Notes: generated by a model from the sequence alone, not told the origin. Positions 1 to 12,004 are shown, counted from the stretch's first letter. The stretch: 64,000 bases of DNA from an uncultured Planctomycetaceae bacterium (GCA_964457365.1 CAYWFP010000006.1:13329-77328); one strand, 5' to 3'. Numbers and translations are program-made.

Positions 1-232
1 CGGCATGTCACTCCCCCGTTTTATTAAAGGCGGAAAGAATCCATCCCCGCCGGCCGCTTATTCCGCCCCACGGCCGGCGCGGGTGTGCGGCGACAAGAAA
101 CGCTCAATGCATCGCGGCGATCACGCAGTGCAGAACGAGGCACGCTCTTCGCCTTACCGGTCGTTTGACTGAATCGCTATTTCGCCCGCGGGCTGCCGTG
201 AAGTCAAAGAACGGGCCGCCGGCTCGCCGCCC

Positions 233-1309
233 CTACTCCGTGACGATCTCCACCTCGATGCCCTGTTCGGCGAGCCGGCGCTTGAGTTCCTCCAGCGAGC
301 GCGGCGAGGCCATGATCGTCTCTTCCGCGGGAGGCTCGGGCAACTTGTCCTTCAAGCTCTCGACCAGTTCCTCGATGTGTTCGTGCCACATCGGCTCGAG
401 TTTCTCGATCTCGTCGTCTTCGAGCGCGGTCCGGCGGTAGAAGATCCGCTCCATCATCTCTTTAAACTGCTTGCGCCAGCGCCGTTCGGTGAGGAGGAAG
501 TCGACGAAGGTCTCGGCCAGCCCGTAGCGCAGGCCGATCTCACTGCCGCTGCCGGCACCCCACGTCGCGTGATCCCACGCCATGCATTCGGCGAGGCTGG
601 GCTTGAAGTCGGGCTCCTTCTCGTACTTGCGCACCACCTCGAGCATGTGGAAGCCGCGCAGAAAACGCTCCTGACGCTCCTTCTTCGTCGGCCGTTTGAC
701 GCGCAGATCCCAGGTCTCGAAGTAGGTGGCGCAGCCCTCGTTGACGAAGACCGGCACCTCGATGCGCCCCGCGCGCATGCTGATGATCGCGTGCATTCCT
801 TCGTGCTGCAGCGTGCTCCGGTTGAAGTCGGCGCAGAAATCGATCTCGCCTTTTTTGTCCTCGTTCCACGGAAAGGTGTGGACCTCCAGCGTCGGCCAGC
901 CGCTGCCGTACATCCGCGGGATATGCACCCCGCCACTCCACGAAGGCGCGCCGCTGGCGGCCATGTACTGCATGCGCGTGCGGTGGACGTAGACATGGAG
1001 CTTGGTGTTGATCTTGCTGCCCTTGGGCATGGGGAAGGCGTCGTCGAAGACGTCCATGAAGTAATCCATGTAGAAGCAAAGTTCGGCCGTGAAGCGCTGG
1101 GAGATGTTGGAACGGACGATATAGCCCTCCTCCTCCCAGACCCAGTAAGAGCCCTTCTTCTCGAGCTTCTTCTCGATGCGGTCGATCTTCCTGATCTCGC
1201 GCTTGGTCCATTCCCATTCAACGCCGTGCTCCTCGGCGAACGTCGCGCTTGTCCAGCACAAGAGCAGCGCCGCGACCAGCCACCGTTTCGCTCCGAATCG
1301 TCTTCTCAT
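233..1309 (-). CDS. Secreted HExxH-motif protein, putative zinc metallopeptidase (DUF1570-like)
   Basis: ORF 233..1438 trimmed to internal Met at 1309 (MRRRFGAKRWLVAALLLCWTSATFA signal peptide). Contains HEGMH (HExxH) motif. Lys/Glu-rich C-terminus. Confidence 0.5.
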   Translation of the reverse strand: MRRRFGAKRWLVAALLLCWTSATFAEEHGVEWEWTKREIRKIDRIEKKLEKKGSYWVWEEEGYIVRSNISQRFTAELCFYMDYFMDVFDDAFPMPKGSKINTKLHVYVHRTRMQYMAASGAPSWSGGVHIPRMYGSGWPTLEVHTFPWNEDKKGEIDFCADFNRSTLQHEGMHAIISMRAGRIEVPVFVNEGCATYFETWDLRVKRPTKKERQERFLRGFHMLEVVRKYEKEPDFKPSLAECMAWDHATWGAGSGSEIGLRYGLAETFVDFLLTERRWRKQFKEMMERIFYRRTALEDDEIEKLEPMWHEHIEELVESLKDKLPEPPAEETIMASPRSLEELKRRLAEQGIEVEIVTE

Positions 1310-1524
1310 CGTCTTCTCCCAGCCTTGCCGTCGTTGTGTGGTGAACTGGCCATTTTCAGTATAAACCGCTTTTCGTAGCAAGCAAATCCCATTGCCCGCA
1401 ACTTTGCTCAACCCTTTCCTGTAACCGAATGTCAACACAAAAGAGCAATAGGCGCGCCAGCAGCCACATACGCCGGCATATTACGTTCAACGTTTTATCG
1501 CCGAATAAGTTGCATACTATTTGT

Positions 1525-2307
1525 TCATTTTGTTCCGCTCCGCCGGCAACGCCGGATTGGTCTCTCGAACCAACACGCGGCCTGTTTCGCCAACCGATTG
1601 GGATTCTTCCCCGATTCGCGCCTGAAGAAGTGCCGCCGACTTTGGCCGGAATGCTTTCTTGCCCCAGTACATAGCTTTTCCTGCCTCGCCTGCATCATGG
1701 CAGAGTCGGGCAGACGGCGTGGCTGTAAACTTTTACCGGAAATGACGCTGGCGGCAGTCGCTCGAGCGGAGTCGATAAACGGCAATGCGTATACGACAGA
1801 CGTCATTGCCGGGATGCGTCCCCGTCCGTACTCCGTCTCACCCAACGGCCACCAGCGCGACAAGCCGCTCGCGTGGGCTACCGGTTCGCGGCCGCGCCCC
1901 TCCCACGGCACGACCAGCGCGGCCTTGAGCGAGGGAAAATACGCGGCGGCCTGTTTGGCGTTGAGGATATCGAAGATCCGCTTCAGTTCGCGGCTCATAC
2001 GACAGAACCGGACCTGCACGTCCTGCTTCCCCGCGTCGACGGCGAACTGCAGCAGCGTCGCCAGGAACGTCGACGGCGCCGCCTGTACCTCCTTCAGGTT
2101 GACCACCACACGCGGATAGATCAGTGTGTCGAGGACGTTCCTGAACTCCCGCCCGACCTGCCGGATCGCGTCGAGCGAGCGCATGTCGTCGTGTTCGAAG
2201 TGAATCACCTCGCACTCCCGGTGCGGATCGGACTTGATGGTGAACAGCGTATAACGAAGCTCCCGCGGCGCTTGCGGCTTCTCCGGCGCCTTCTTGATTA
2301 CGCGCAT
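1525..2307 (-). CDS. STAS-domain-like protein (hypothetical)
   Basis: ORF 1525..2436; likely start MRVIKKAPEKP at 2307. N-terminal about 140 aa resembles a STAS/anti-sigma-factor-antagonist fold. The C-terminal part is low complexity, so the true end is uncertain. Confidence 0.4.
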   Translation of the reverse strand: MRVIKKAPEKPQAPRELRYTLFTIKSDPHRECEVIHFEHDDMRSLDAIRQVGREFRNVLDTLIYPRVVVNLKEVQAAPSTFLATLLQFAVDAGKQDVQVRFCRMSRELKRIFDILNAKQAAAYFPSLKAALVVPWEGRGREPVAHASGLSRWWPLGETEYGRGRIPAMTSVVYALPFIDSARATAASVISGKSLQPRRLPDSAMMQARQEKLCTGARKHSGQSRRHFFRRESGKNPNRLAKQAACWFERPIRRCRRSGTK

Positions 2308-2440
2308 GATGTCCTCCCGTGCTGAAATAAGTCTACACGTCGCGTCGCGGACTCGGCGTTGATGCCCGCGCACTCTCCTTCGCCAAGGCGCACCGCTCCC
2401 TCGCGAGCGGCCGCGTATCGCCAGCTCTCGGGGCAACGCC

Positions 2441-2546
2441 TTTAGAACCCGTTAAGCAATAAGATCGGGATTTCACTCGCTTCTTGACTGACGGCAAACC
2501 AGCTGCGCCGAAATTCTGAAATTATTGCTTAACGGGTCCTTAGACC
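2441..2546. repeat. MITE-like palindromic element copy 1 (22-bp terminal inverted repeats ctaaggacccgttaagcaataa / ttattgcttaacgggtccttag with 60-nt internal loop)
   Basis: The 16-bp perfect stem acccgttaagcaataa (2447-2462) pairs with ttattgcttaacgggt (2522-2537) in this intergenic region. The same unit recurs at 6366-6426. Confidence 0.8.
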
Positions 2547-2885
2547 ATGCGCTTGGTGCGCGCACGGCGTCTTTCATGTCGGGATTTACGCGTTGGATGA
2601 CGTATGGCTATGAATACACCCATAAACGTGCAAGCGATATGCCAGGGATGGTGGCCGTGCGCGGCAGGATTCGCAAGCATCGGATTACGAGCGGGTTATG
2701 CGGGCTGTCCCATTGCGGTTGAGGCGCGGAAACGCGTTTTGCTGCCACCGCCGTGCTGCGATCTAAAGCAGCGTGCGGAAATCTGCAGCGCATCGCAACG
2801 ATGGGCAGGGTCATAAAATACGGACGGAGCCATCGCTCCGCCCGCCTCCCTGGAATCCTTCATCACCGCGGACGCGCCGCGCCTA

Positions 2886-3041
2886 TTTCTTCGCTTTCAG
2901 CAGCAGGTGCCGCACCTCACGCGGCGGTAGCGTCACGGTAACCGCGCCGTTTTGCAGCGCGATCTCCTCGCCGCTCAGCGGATCGCTGACGCGGTAGGCG
3001 CCGGGGGCGAAGCCGAGCGCGGCGGCATCGAAGCCGACCTC
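2886..3041 (-). pseudogene. C-terminal remnant (about 52 codons) of a glycoside-hydrolase-like gene (...GAYRVSDPLSGEEIALQNGAVTVTLPPREVRHLLLKAKK*)
   Basis: The minus-strand frame translates to a typical GH C-terminal beta-sandwich ending, but it has no upstream start and the frame collapses above 3041. Confidence 0.35.
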
Positions 3042-3092
3042 CGATTATGCCCGGAGCGGCGAGTTCGCGCAAGCGTCGAAACGGCGGCGGGC

Positions 3093-4136
3093 TTACGGCG
3101 GGGTGATCGTGCCGTGTTCGTCCCAGAGGTCGCGCCAGTCCTGGCCGTCCTTCCAGAGGAAGACCTGCCCCTTGATCAACCGGCAGTTCTTGTCGATGCC
3201 GGCCAGCGCCCGCATGTCCTCTGCCGTTAGCGACGGCACGGCGGCGGCGCGCAGGTTGCCCAGGTAGTTGCGCCGCTTGGTCGACATCGGGATCGGCACC
3301 TGCCCGCGCAGCACCGCCCACTCGATGCAGACGAGCGCCGGGTGGATGCCGTGCGCCTCGGCGATCTCGCGCAGCACCGGGTCCTCCAGGTCGACCGTAT
3401 CCTCGGGCGTGCGGTCGCGCTCGGGGCGGTTGGGCGAGCCGAGCGGGCAGTAGCCGACCGGGATGATGCCGTGTTCGACGACGAAGTCGAAGAGCGCCGG
3501 CTGCTGGAAATGCGGATGCAACTCCATCTCGTTCACCGCCGGCTTGATCCGCGCATCCCGCAGCAGCAATTCGAGCTTCGGGACGGTCATGTTGCTCGTG
3601 CCGATATGGCGCACCAGACCCTCGTCCACGAGCCTCTCCATCTGCCGCCAGGTTTGCATGAAATTCTCGTGGATATAGGGCTTGGCGTCGGGGCTGCGCG
3701 AAGTGACGTCGCAGCCGGGCGGATGGAAGTTCGGGAACGGCCAGTGGACGAGGTACAGGTCCAGGTACTCAAGGCCCAGATCCTGCAGGCTCTGCCGGCA
3801 CGCCGGGATCACGTCGGCCTCGGCGTGCTTGTCGTTCCAGAGTTTGGAGGTGATCCAGAACTCTTCGCGCGGCACGCCGCCGGCGATGATCGAACGCAGC
3901 CCCTCGCCGATCAGCGTCTCGTTGGCGTAGACGGCGGCGCAGTCGAAGTGGCGGTAACCCACCCCGGCCGCGCCTACCATCGCATCGGCGATGGCCTCGC
4001 CGGCGGTATGATCGGAACCGAAGGTGCCCAGGCCGACGGCGGGCATGGTCGCGCCGGCGTGAAGCGTGCGCCGCGGCACGGCGGCCGGATCGACGCCGTC
4101 GTCGGCGAGCTGCAGCGGGGGGGCGGTGTAGGTCAT
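3093..4136 (-). CDS. Aldo/keto reductase family oxidoreductase
   Basis: ORF 3093..4202 trimmed to ATG at 4136 (MTYTAPPLQ). AKR motifs present: GLGTFG, DCAAVYANE, LDLYLVHWP and IPIPMSTKRRNYLGNL. Confidence 0.85.
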   Translation of the reverse strand: MTYTAPPLQLADDGVDPAAVPRRTLHAGATMPAVGLGTFGSDHTAGEAIADAMVGAAGVGYRHFDCAAVYANETLIGEGLRSIIAGGVPREEFWITSKLWNDKHAEADVIPACRQSLQDLGLEYLDLYLVHWPFPNFHPPGCDVTSRSPDAKPYIHENFMQTWRQMERLVDEGLVRHIGTSNMTVPKLELLLRDARIKPAVNEMELHPHFQQPALFDFVVEHGIIPVGYCPLGSPNRPERDRTPEDTVDLEDPVLREIAEAHGIHPALVCIEWAVLRGQVPIPMSTKRRNYLGNLRAAAVPSLTAEDMRALAGIDKNCRLIKGQVFLWKDGQDWRDLWDEHGTITPP

Positions 4137-4226
4137 GATCCTCGTCCTCTTCGTCTGAACTGCCGGCAGCTCAGGCGTTCCGGATGCCCCACGCTCGAGC
4201 AATCGGCTACCGGCATATATTCGGAG

Positions 4227-5303
4227 CTACCGGAGTTCCTCGTCGAAACAGACGGCGACCTTGCCGCAGTCGCCCCCGGCCATGAGCGCGTAGGCCTCGC
4301 CCGCCCGCTCCAGCGGGAAGCGGTGGGTGATCAGCTTCTCGGGGTGGATCCTCCAGCGGACGAGCAATTCCACCAGTTCCTCCATCCGCCAGATCGAAGT
4401 GACCCACGAACCGTGGAGCGTCTTCTGGTCGTGGATCATGTCCTCCGAGGGCTGGAACGCGACACCGCCGCCCTCGCCGAGGAAACAGATCTTCCCCCAC
4501 TTGCGGGTGGCGCGGATGCAGGTGTTGCGCGCGGTGTCGTTGGCCGAGCAGTCGACGGCGCGCTCGACGCCGTGGCCGCCGGTGAGATCGCGCACCGCCT
4601 CGACGTTCCCCGCTCCCGCGGTCAGCACCTGGTCGAAGAGCGCCAGCGACCGCGCCAGCTCCAGCCGCTGCGGACGGATATCGATACCGATGATCTGCTG
4701 CGCGCCCAGGCAGCGGCAGAGCATCGCCACGGCCAGTCCGACCGGCCCCAAGCCGGTGACCAGCACCGCGTCGCGGCCGGAGACGCCGATCTTGACCAGC
4801 CCCTCGAAGGCGGTGCCGAAGCCGCAGGCGACCTGCGCGCCGTCGGCGAAGCTGAGTGCATCGGGCAGGGCCACGAGGTCCTTCTCCTCGGCCAGCAGGT
4901 ACTCGCCCATCCCGCCGTGGCGCTGCCAGCCGTAAGCGCGGCGCCAGTCGCTGGTGCAGGAAATCATGTAGCCGCGGCGGCAGTCGTTGCAGAGGCCGCA
5001 GCCGCTGATGTGATAGACCATCACCCGGTCGCCCTCGGCGAAGCGTCGGCAGCCGGGCCCGACGGCGACGATCTGCCCAGCCGGCTCGTGCCCGGCGATC
5101 AGTCCGGGCTGATAGCCTTCGGGCCCCTCGCCGACGTGCTCGTGGTAGATGCAGCGGATGTCGGAGCCGCAGATGGTGGAGCATTTCGTCCTCAGCAACA
5201 CCTCGCCGTGGCCGGGCACCGGGATGTCGAACTGCTCGAGCTCGACGGTGCTGTTGCCGGGCAGGATGGCGCCGGTCATCGTCTTGGCGTCTGGCTGGGG
5301 CAT
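4227..5303 (-). CDS. Zinc-dependent alcohol dehydrogenase (MDR family; sorbitol/threonine dehydrogenase-like)
   Basis: GHEPAGQIVAVG and CGLCNDCRRG zinc-binding motifs plus the Rossmann motif VLVTGLGPVGL. Start chosen at 5303 (MPQPDAKTMTGA) with AAGGAG 7 nt upstream; an alternative ATG lies at 5279. Confidence 0.85.
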   Translation of the reverse strand: MPQPDAKTMTGAILPGNSTVELEQFDIPVPGHGEVLLRTKCSTICGSDIRCIYHEHVGEGPEGYQPGLIAGHEPAGQIVAVGPGCRRFAEGDRVMVYHISGCGLCNDCRRGYMISCTSDWRRAYGWQRHGGMGEYLLAEEKDLVALPDALSFADGAQVACGFGTAFEGLVKIGVSGRDAVLVTGLGPVGLAVAMLCRCLGAQQIIGIDIRPQRLELARSLALFDQVLTAGAGNVEAVRDLTGGHGVERAVDCSANDTARNTCIRATRKWGKICFLGEGGGVAFQPSEDMIHDQKTLHGSWVTSIWRMEELVELLVRWRIHPEKLITHRFPLERAGEAYALMAGGDCGKVAVCFDEELR

Positions 5304-5403
5304 GAAGCGCTCCTTTCGCGGCAGGGTCATGTCGCTCAATCTACCCGAACCGACGGGGAAAAGAAATGGCGCGATCCCGCGTGATGATGTATATTCTTGA
5401 TCT

Positions 5404-6369
5404 ATGGCGAAAAAACCTTCTTCCGCGGCGCAGGACCCGGACGCGGTGGCCTTCATCTCCAGGCGGGTTCGCGAGGGGGAGTATTTCTTTCTCGATCTGC
5501 AGCCGCGTTCGCAAGCCGCGCTCGCGGTCGCCTGTGGCGGGCGGGAGATATGCGGTCCCGATTACGTGATGGAACGCGCGGGCTTCGACTTCCTGGCGCT
5601 GGAATACGTCGCCGAAGGGACGGGCGAACTCGAGCTCGCCGGGAGGAATTTCCCCCTCCGCGCGGGAACGATCTTCACCTACGGGCCCGGCGTGGCCCAC
5701 CGCATCGGCGTCGGTCCCGGCGCGCACCTGGTGAAATATTTCGTCGACTTCACCGGTCGCGAAGCCGCGCGCCTGCTGAAGAAGGGCTCCCAGCACACCC
5801 CGCAGGCGTTGACCGTCGGCGATCCGCTGCGGGTGCAGCAGATCTTCGAGGACCTGATCCGAACCGGCCGCGAGGGCGAACGCCACGCGCGGCGCATCTG
5901 TGCGCTTCTTCTGGAAATGTTGATTCTTCGCATGGACGAGCGCGCCCTGCCGCGGCGCGAAGTCGATGGCATGTCGTGGTCGACCTACCAGGCGTGCCGC
6001 AACCATATCGCGCAGCACTGCCTGCAACTCAAGACCATCGGCGAGGTGGCCAGCGCCTGCGCGATCAGCGAAGCCCACCTCTGCCGCATCTTCAAGCGTT
6101 ACCACGCCACCACCCCCTACCGCTACCTCGTGCAATTGAAGATGTCGCACGCGGCGCGCGGGCTGCTCGATCCGCGGGTGCTGATCAAGGAAGTGGCCGC
6201 CCGCACGGGATACGACGATGCGTACCTTTTCTCCAAAGTCTTCAAACGCACCCTCGGCGTCTCGCCCGAAACGTTCCGGCGCCACCGCCTCTGGCACCGG
6301 CGCCCCGAAGACGAGACGCTGACGCACTTGGTGGCGTACACTGACGATAATCGCTCACCCGACAATTAA
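5404..6369 (+). CDS. AraC-family transcriptional regulator (cupin N-domain plus AraC HTH)
   Basis: The C-terminal double HTH (ISEAHLCRIFKRYHATTPYRYLVQLKMSHAARGLL ... DDAYLFSKVFKRTLGVSPETFRR) is typical of AraC/XylS. Divergent from the ADH gene. Confidence 0.85.
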   Translation: MAKKPSSAAQDPDAVAFISRRVREGEYFFLDLQPRSQAALAVACGGREICGPDYVMERAGFDFLALEYVAEGTGELELAGRNFPLRAGTIFTYGPGVAHRIGVGPGAHLVKYFVDFTGREAARLLKKGSQHTPQALTVGDPLRVQQIFEDLIRTGREGERHARRICALLLEMLILRMDERALPRREVDGMSWSTYQACRNHIAQHCLQLKTIGEVASACAISEAHLCRIFKRYHATTPYRYLVQLKMSHAARGLLDPRVLIKEVAARTGYDDAYLFSKVFKRTLGVSPETFRRHRLWHRRPEDETLTHLVAYTDDNRSPDN

Positions 6370-6426
6370 GGACCCGTTAAGCAATAATTTCAGAAATCCC
6401 GATCTTATTGCTTAACGGGTCCTAAG
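6366..6426. repeat. MITE-like palindromic element copy 2 (inverted orientation, 17-nt loop)
   Basis: ggacccgttaagcaataa - tttcagaaatcccgatc - ttattgcttaacgggtcc. The loop is the reverse complement of the copy-1 loop with a 41-nt internal deletion. Confidence 0.8.
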
Positions 6427-6892
6427 CTGCCTGCGCGCGGATTCGCGCCAACCGAGAGGAAACGGGAGAGCTTACCGGGTATTTGGTAACCGATAACCGA
6501 AGCCGCGCAAGGAGAATTCGGATGGCCAGGAAGAGAACGGTTCGCCGTAGCGATAACGCTGTGCGCACCAAGAGCGACCGCCCCGCGCCAAAGCGAAGGC
6601 CGCGCGCGCCCCGCGGATCCAGCGCGGGCGAGAGCTTGCTGACGATCGTCACCGCCCCGCCGTGCCGGGCCAGGTTCGCGCCCAGCCGCGCCTCGCTCTC
6701 GCCGTAGGCCTGCGCCGTGTCGAAGCAGCGCACACCCTGGCGCAGCGCCTCGGCGACGACCGCGTCGACCGTCTCCGCCGAGAGTTTTCCGCCCCGGTTG
6801 GCCACGCCGTAGTCCAGCCCAAGCTGCGCCGTGCCCAGCGCCAACACGGGGATCTGCTCCACCCGCCAGGCAATGGTCTCCATGCGCCGCAC
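6422..6892 (-). pseudogene. Truncated aldo/keto reductase (only N-terminal about 95 aa recognisable)
   Basis: METIAWRVEQIPVLALGTAQLG...DTAQAYGESEARLG is an AKR N-terminus. After about residue 95 the frame becomes Arg/Leu low-complexity and terminates abutting the palindromic element. Confidence 0.5.
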
Positions 6893-7084
6893 TCCCCTGG
6901 GCCGCTGCGAATCGACTTTCCTTCGGCGTGACGACTCGCGGGCGAATACGCTCCATCATATGCGGCACACGCCAAAACTCAACCGTTCTCTGGTTTCCGC
7001 GACCGCGCTTGTCCTTCGGCGAAGGGAACGAAAAACGCGCGGATCGCTCCGCGCGCCTCGTGGCGTCTTGTTTCCGATGCGGCG

Positions 7085-9331
<2,247 letters not shown>

Positions 9332-9397
9332 GGAATCTCCAATCTGAAAACCCGCGAGCGCGGGGGAAACGAACCGGCGCCGAACGCTATCCGCACG

Positions 9398-9673
9398 CTA
9401 GTCCTTGGCGCGCAACTGCAGGCGCGAGACCAGGCTGCGGTAGCGTTCGACGTCCTTGCGCCGCAGGTACTTCAGCAGCTTGTTGCGCTTGTTCACCATC
9501 GCCAGCAGCCCGCGGCGCGAATGGAAATCCTTCTTGTGCAAACGCATGTGTCCGGTCAGGTCGTTGATGCGCTCGGTGAGGATGGCGATCTGGATCTCTG
9601 GGCTGCCGGTGTCGTTCTCCTTGCCCCCGAACTCCTTGATGAGCTGGTTCTTCTTGTCCTTGGTCATGACCAT
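9398..9673 (-). CDS. rpsO: 30S ribosomal protein S15
   Basis: 91 aa matching S15 ([32 protein letters not shown]); classic rpsO-pnp arrangement. Confidence 0.95.
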   Translation of the reverse strand: MVMTKDKKNQLIKEFGGKENDTGSPEIQIAILTERINDLTGHMRLHKKDFHSRRGLLAMVNKRNKLLKYLRRKDVERYRSLVSRLQLRAKD

Positions 9674-9751
9674 TGTCGCGCTACCTTTCTCATCATTCGT
9701 TTCTCTTTCGTTCTATGGGAAAATGCTCGGCGCCGGCTTGGCGGCCGGCGT

Positions 9752-10642
9752 CTACTGAATCAGGTTCTCTCCGCCTTCGTACCGCGCGCGCAACATCAGC
9801 CGCACCGCCTTCAGCAGCTGCTTCCCCGAGTACGGCTTGCGCAGGTACGCGTCGGCGCAGTCGAGATCGACATCCTCGTCCTGCAGCGCGCTGGTGAGGA
9901 TGACGGGGATGTCCTGCACCGCCGGCGTCGCGCGGATGGCCTTGACCACGTCGAAGCCATCGCCGTCGGGGAGCAGCAGGTCCACCAGCGCCAGCACGCT
10001 CCGCCCGCCGCTGCGCTTGTCCTGCAGCGCCTCGTTCGCCTCGGCCACCGTCTGCACCCAGTGGCACTCGTAGCCGCCGCTGCGGAGGATCGTCTCGAGG
10101 ATCGCGCCCGCGTCGGGGTCGTTGTCGACCATCAGCACCAGGTGGCCGCGCACCGCGCGGATGAGGTCAGACTCCGAGAGCTTCTGCTCCTTGATGGTGC
10201 GCATCGTCGGCAGTTCGGCCTCGAACCAGGCCTTCTGAATCTCCTTCTTCAAGCGGTAGTTCTGCTCCTTCAGCCGCAGCCACTCCTCGTAGCCCGGCTC
10301 GTTCCGCGGAAACGCGAAGCCGTCGTGGCGGTCGACGACGAAGGCGTACTCGTCGGGGAAGAACGCCTCGCGCAGAACCAGCTTCATGTGCGGATACTCC
10401 TGCGACCCCAGTCGCAGGGCATAGGCCTTCAGCTTGCCGTCTTCGCGGTCGAATGTGGAGAGAACGTCTTCGATCGGCGTCTCCGGATCGAAGCGCTTGG
10501 CGTGTTCTTCCCGGGCAACCGCGTCGCCGTAGGCCAGCCGCAGATAAATGTCGATCGCGGCGTTCACGGTCGAGGCAGTGATGTCGTCGAGTCTCAAATT
10601 CCGCTTTCCGCTTCCGCTTTTTCTTCTTGTCAGTCTGGCCAT
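9752..10642 (-). CDS. Response regulator: C-terminal receiver domain with uncharacterised N-terminal domain
   Basis: Receiver motifs (LVLMVDNDPD ... LVDLLLPDGDGFDV ... ILTSA ... YLRKP) at the C-terminus; the N-terminal about 170 aa has no recognisable output domain. Start MARLTRRK at 10642. Confidence 0.7.
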   Translation of the reverse strand: MARLTRRKSGSGKRNLRLDDITASTVNAAIDIYLRLAYGDAVAREEHAKRFDPETPIEDVLSTFDREDGKLKAYALRLGSQEYPHMKLVLREAFFPDEYAFVVDRHDGFAFPRNEPGYEEWLRLKEQNYRLKKEIQKAWFEAELPTMRTIKEQKLSESDLIRAVRGHLVLMVDNDPDAGAILETILRSGGYECHWVQTVAEANEALQDKRSGGRSVLALVDLLLPDGDGFDVVKAIRATPAVQDIPVILTSALQDEDVDLDCADAYLRKPYSGKQLLKAVRLMLRARYEGGENLIQ

Positions 10643-10841
10643 TCTAATCCGCGCCCGCGGATTGTCAAGCCATATATCATTGCCCGAAAAGACGGCAATT
10701 CGGGATGAACCGTACGCGGGTTGCGCGCGCTTGCAGCAAAGCCGACGAATCCGGGGAGTTTTTTTTTGCGCGCCATGCACCTTTCGCATATCCTCGCGCC
10801 TCGGTAGAGAAAAACCGGTTAACCGAAGAGAAGGAGATGGT

Positions 10842-11906
10842 ATGCAGAAGCAGCACATCGGCATCCTGGTCGCGATCGTGGCGGTGGCGGTCGTCGCCTT
10901 CGTGGTGTCGCGGATGAAGCCGCCGGCGTCGACCGACGTCGTCACCGTCTACGCCGCGCTCGACGAGGAATTCTCCGCGCCGATCCTCGACCGTTTCGAA
11001 CGCGAAACCGGTATCCGCGTCGACGTCAAGTTCGACACCGAGAGCACCAAGACCGTCGGCCTGACCGCGGCCATCGTCGAGGAGGCGAGCCGTCCGCGCT
11101 GCGACGTCTTCTGGAACAACGAGCCGGTCAACACCATCCGCCTCAAGGAGAAGGGCTTGCTGCAAGCCTACCGCCCCGAGGCGGCCGCGCGGTTTCCCGA
11201 GGCGTTCAAGGATCCCGACGGCATGTGGACCGGCTTCGCCGCCCGCGCGCGCGTGCTGCTGGTGAACACCGACCTGGTCGAGCCCGGGGAGGAACCGCGA
11301 GTCTTCGCCGACCTGCTCGAGGAGAAGTGGAAGGGCAAGCTGATCATGGCCAAACCCACCGCCGGCTCGACCGCGACCTGGGTCACCGTCTTCTACGTCA
11401 AGGACAAGGAGGCCCCCGAGGACGAAACGACGCACCTGGATCTTCTCGCCCGGCTGCTGAAGGACGGGCATATGATCGCCCGCGGCGGCAACAAGCAGTC
11501 CGCGCAGGCGGTCAGCCGCGGCGATATGGCCATGGGCTGGACCGACACCGACGACGCCATCGTCGAGGTCGAGGCCGGCAAGCCCGTCAAGATCCTTTAT
11601 CTCGGCGCCACCCCCGAGGACGGCGGCGCGCTGTTCTTTCCCAACACGCTCAGCATCGTCAAGAACTGCCCGCACCCGGAAAACGCCCGGAAGCTGATCG
11701 AATACCTGCTCTCGGCGAAGGTGGAGAAACGTCTCGCCGACAGCGCCTCGGCGCAGATTCCGGTCAACCCCGCGATCCAGCCCGGCGAAGACTTCAAGCC
11801 GCGCGTGACCTTGCCGAGCCAGTCGCTGCCGATGGTCGTCGACTGGGACAAGGTCGCCGCCCACTGGGACGAGGCGATGGCGTGGATCGACCGGAACGTG
11901 CCGTAA
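10842..11906 (+). CDS. ABC transporter periplasmic substrate-binding protein, Fe3+ (FbpA/AfuA)-like
   Basis: N-terminal TM/signal (ILVAIVAVAVVAFVV) followed by a PBP2 fold. AAGGAG RBS sits before the ATG at 10842. No cognate permease or ATPase gene is adjacent. Confidence 0.7.
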   Translation: MQKQHIGILVAIVAVAVVAFVVSRMKPPASTDVVTVYAALDEEFSAPILDRFERETGIRVDVKFDTESTKTVGLTAAIVEEASRPRCDVFWNNEPVNTIRLKEKGLLQAYRPEAAARFPEAFKDPDGMWTGFAARARVLLVNTDLVEPGEEPRVFADLLEEKWKGKLIMAKPTAGSTATWVTVFYVKDKEAPEDETTHLDLLARLLKDGHMIARGGNKQSAQAVSRGDMAMGWTDTDDAIVEVEAGKPVKILYLGATPEDGGALFFPNTLSIVKNCPHPENARKLIEYLLSAKVEKRLADSASAQIPVNPAIQPGEDFKPRVTLPSQSLPMVVDWDKVAAHWDEAMAWIDRNVP

Positions 11907-12004
11907 GCATCCTTTCACGCACGTCGTGCGCCGCTCTCTTTGGCGCGCGGCGCTCTTTTTGTCCATGGGCGCAGTTGAAATCGCCGGCACGACGCGGTTC
12001 AATC

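Noticed and set aside
3342-5384. 680-aa ORF on plus strand antisense to AKR and Zn-ADH
   Set aside because: It is Arg/Ala/Gly-rich low-complexity sequence with no domain, typical of spurious antisense ORFs in high-GC DNA. The opposite-strand genes have clear motifs.
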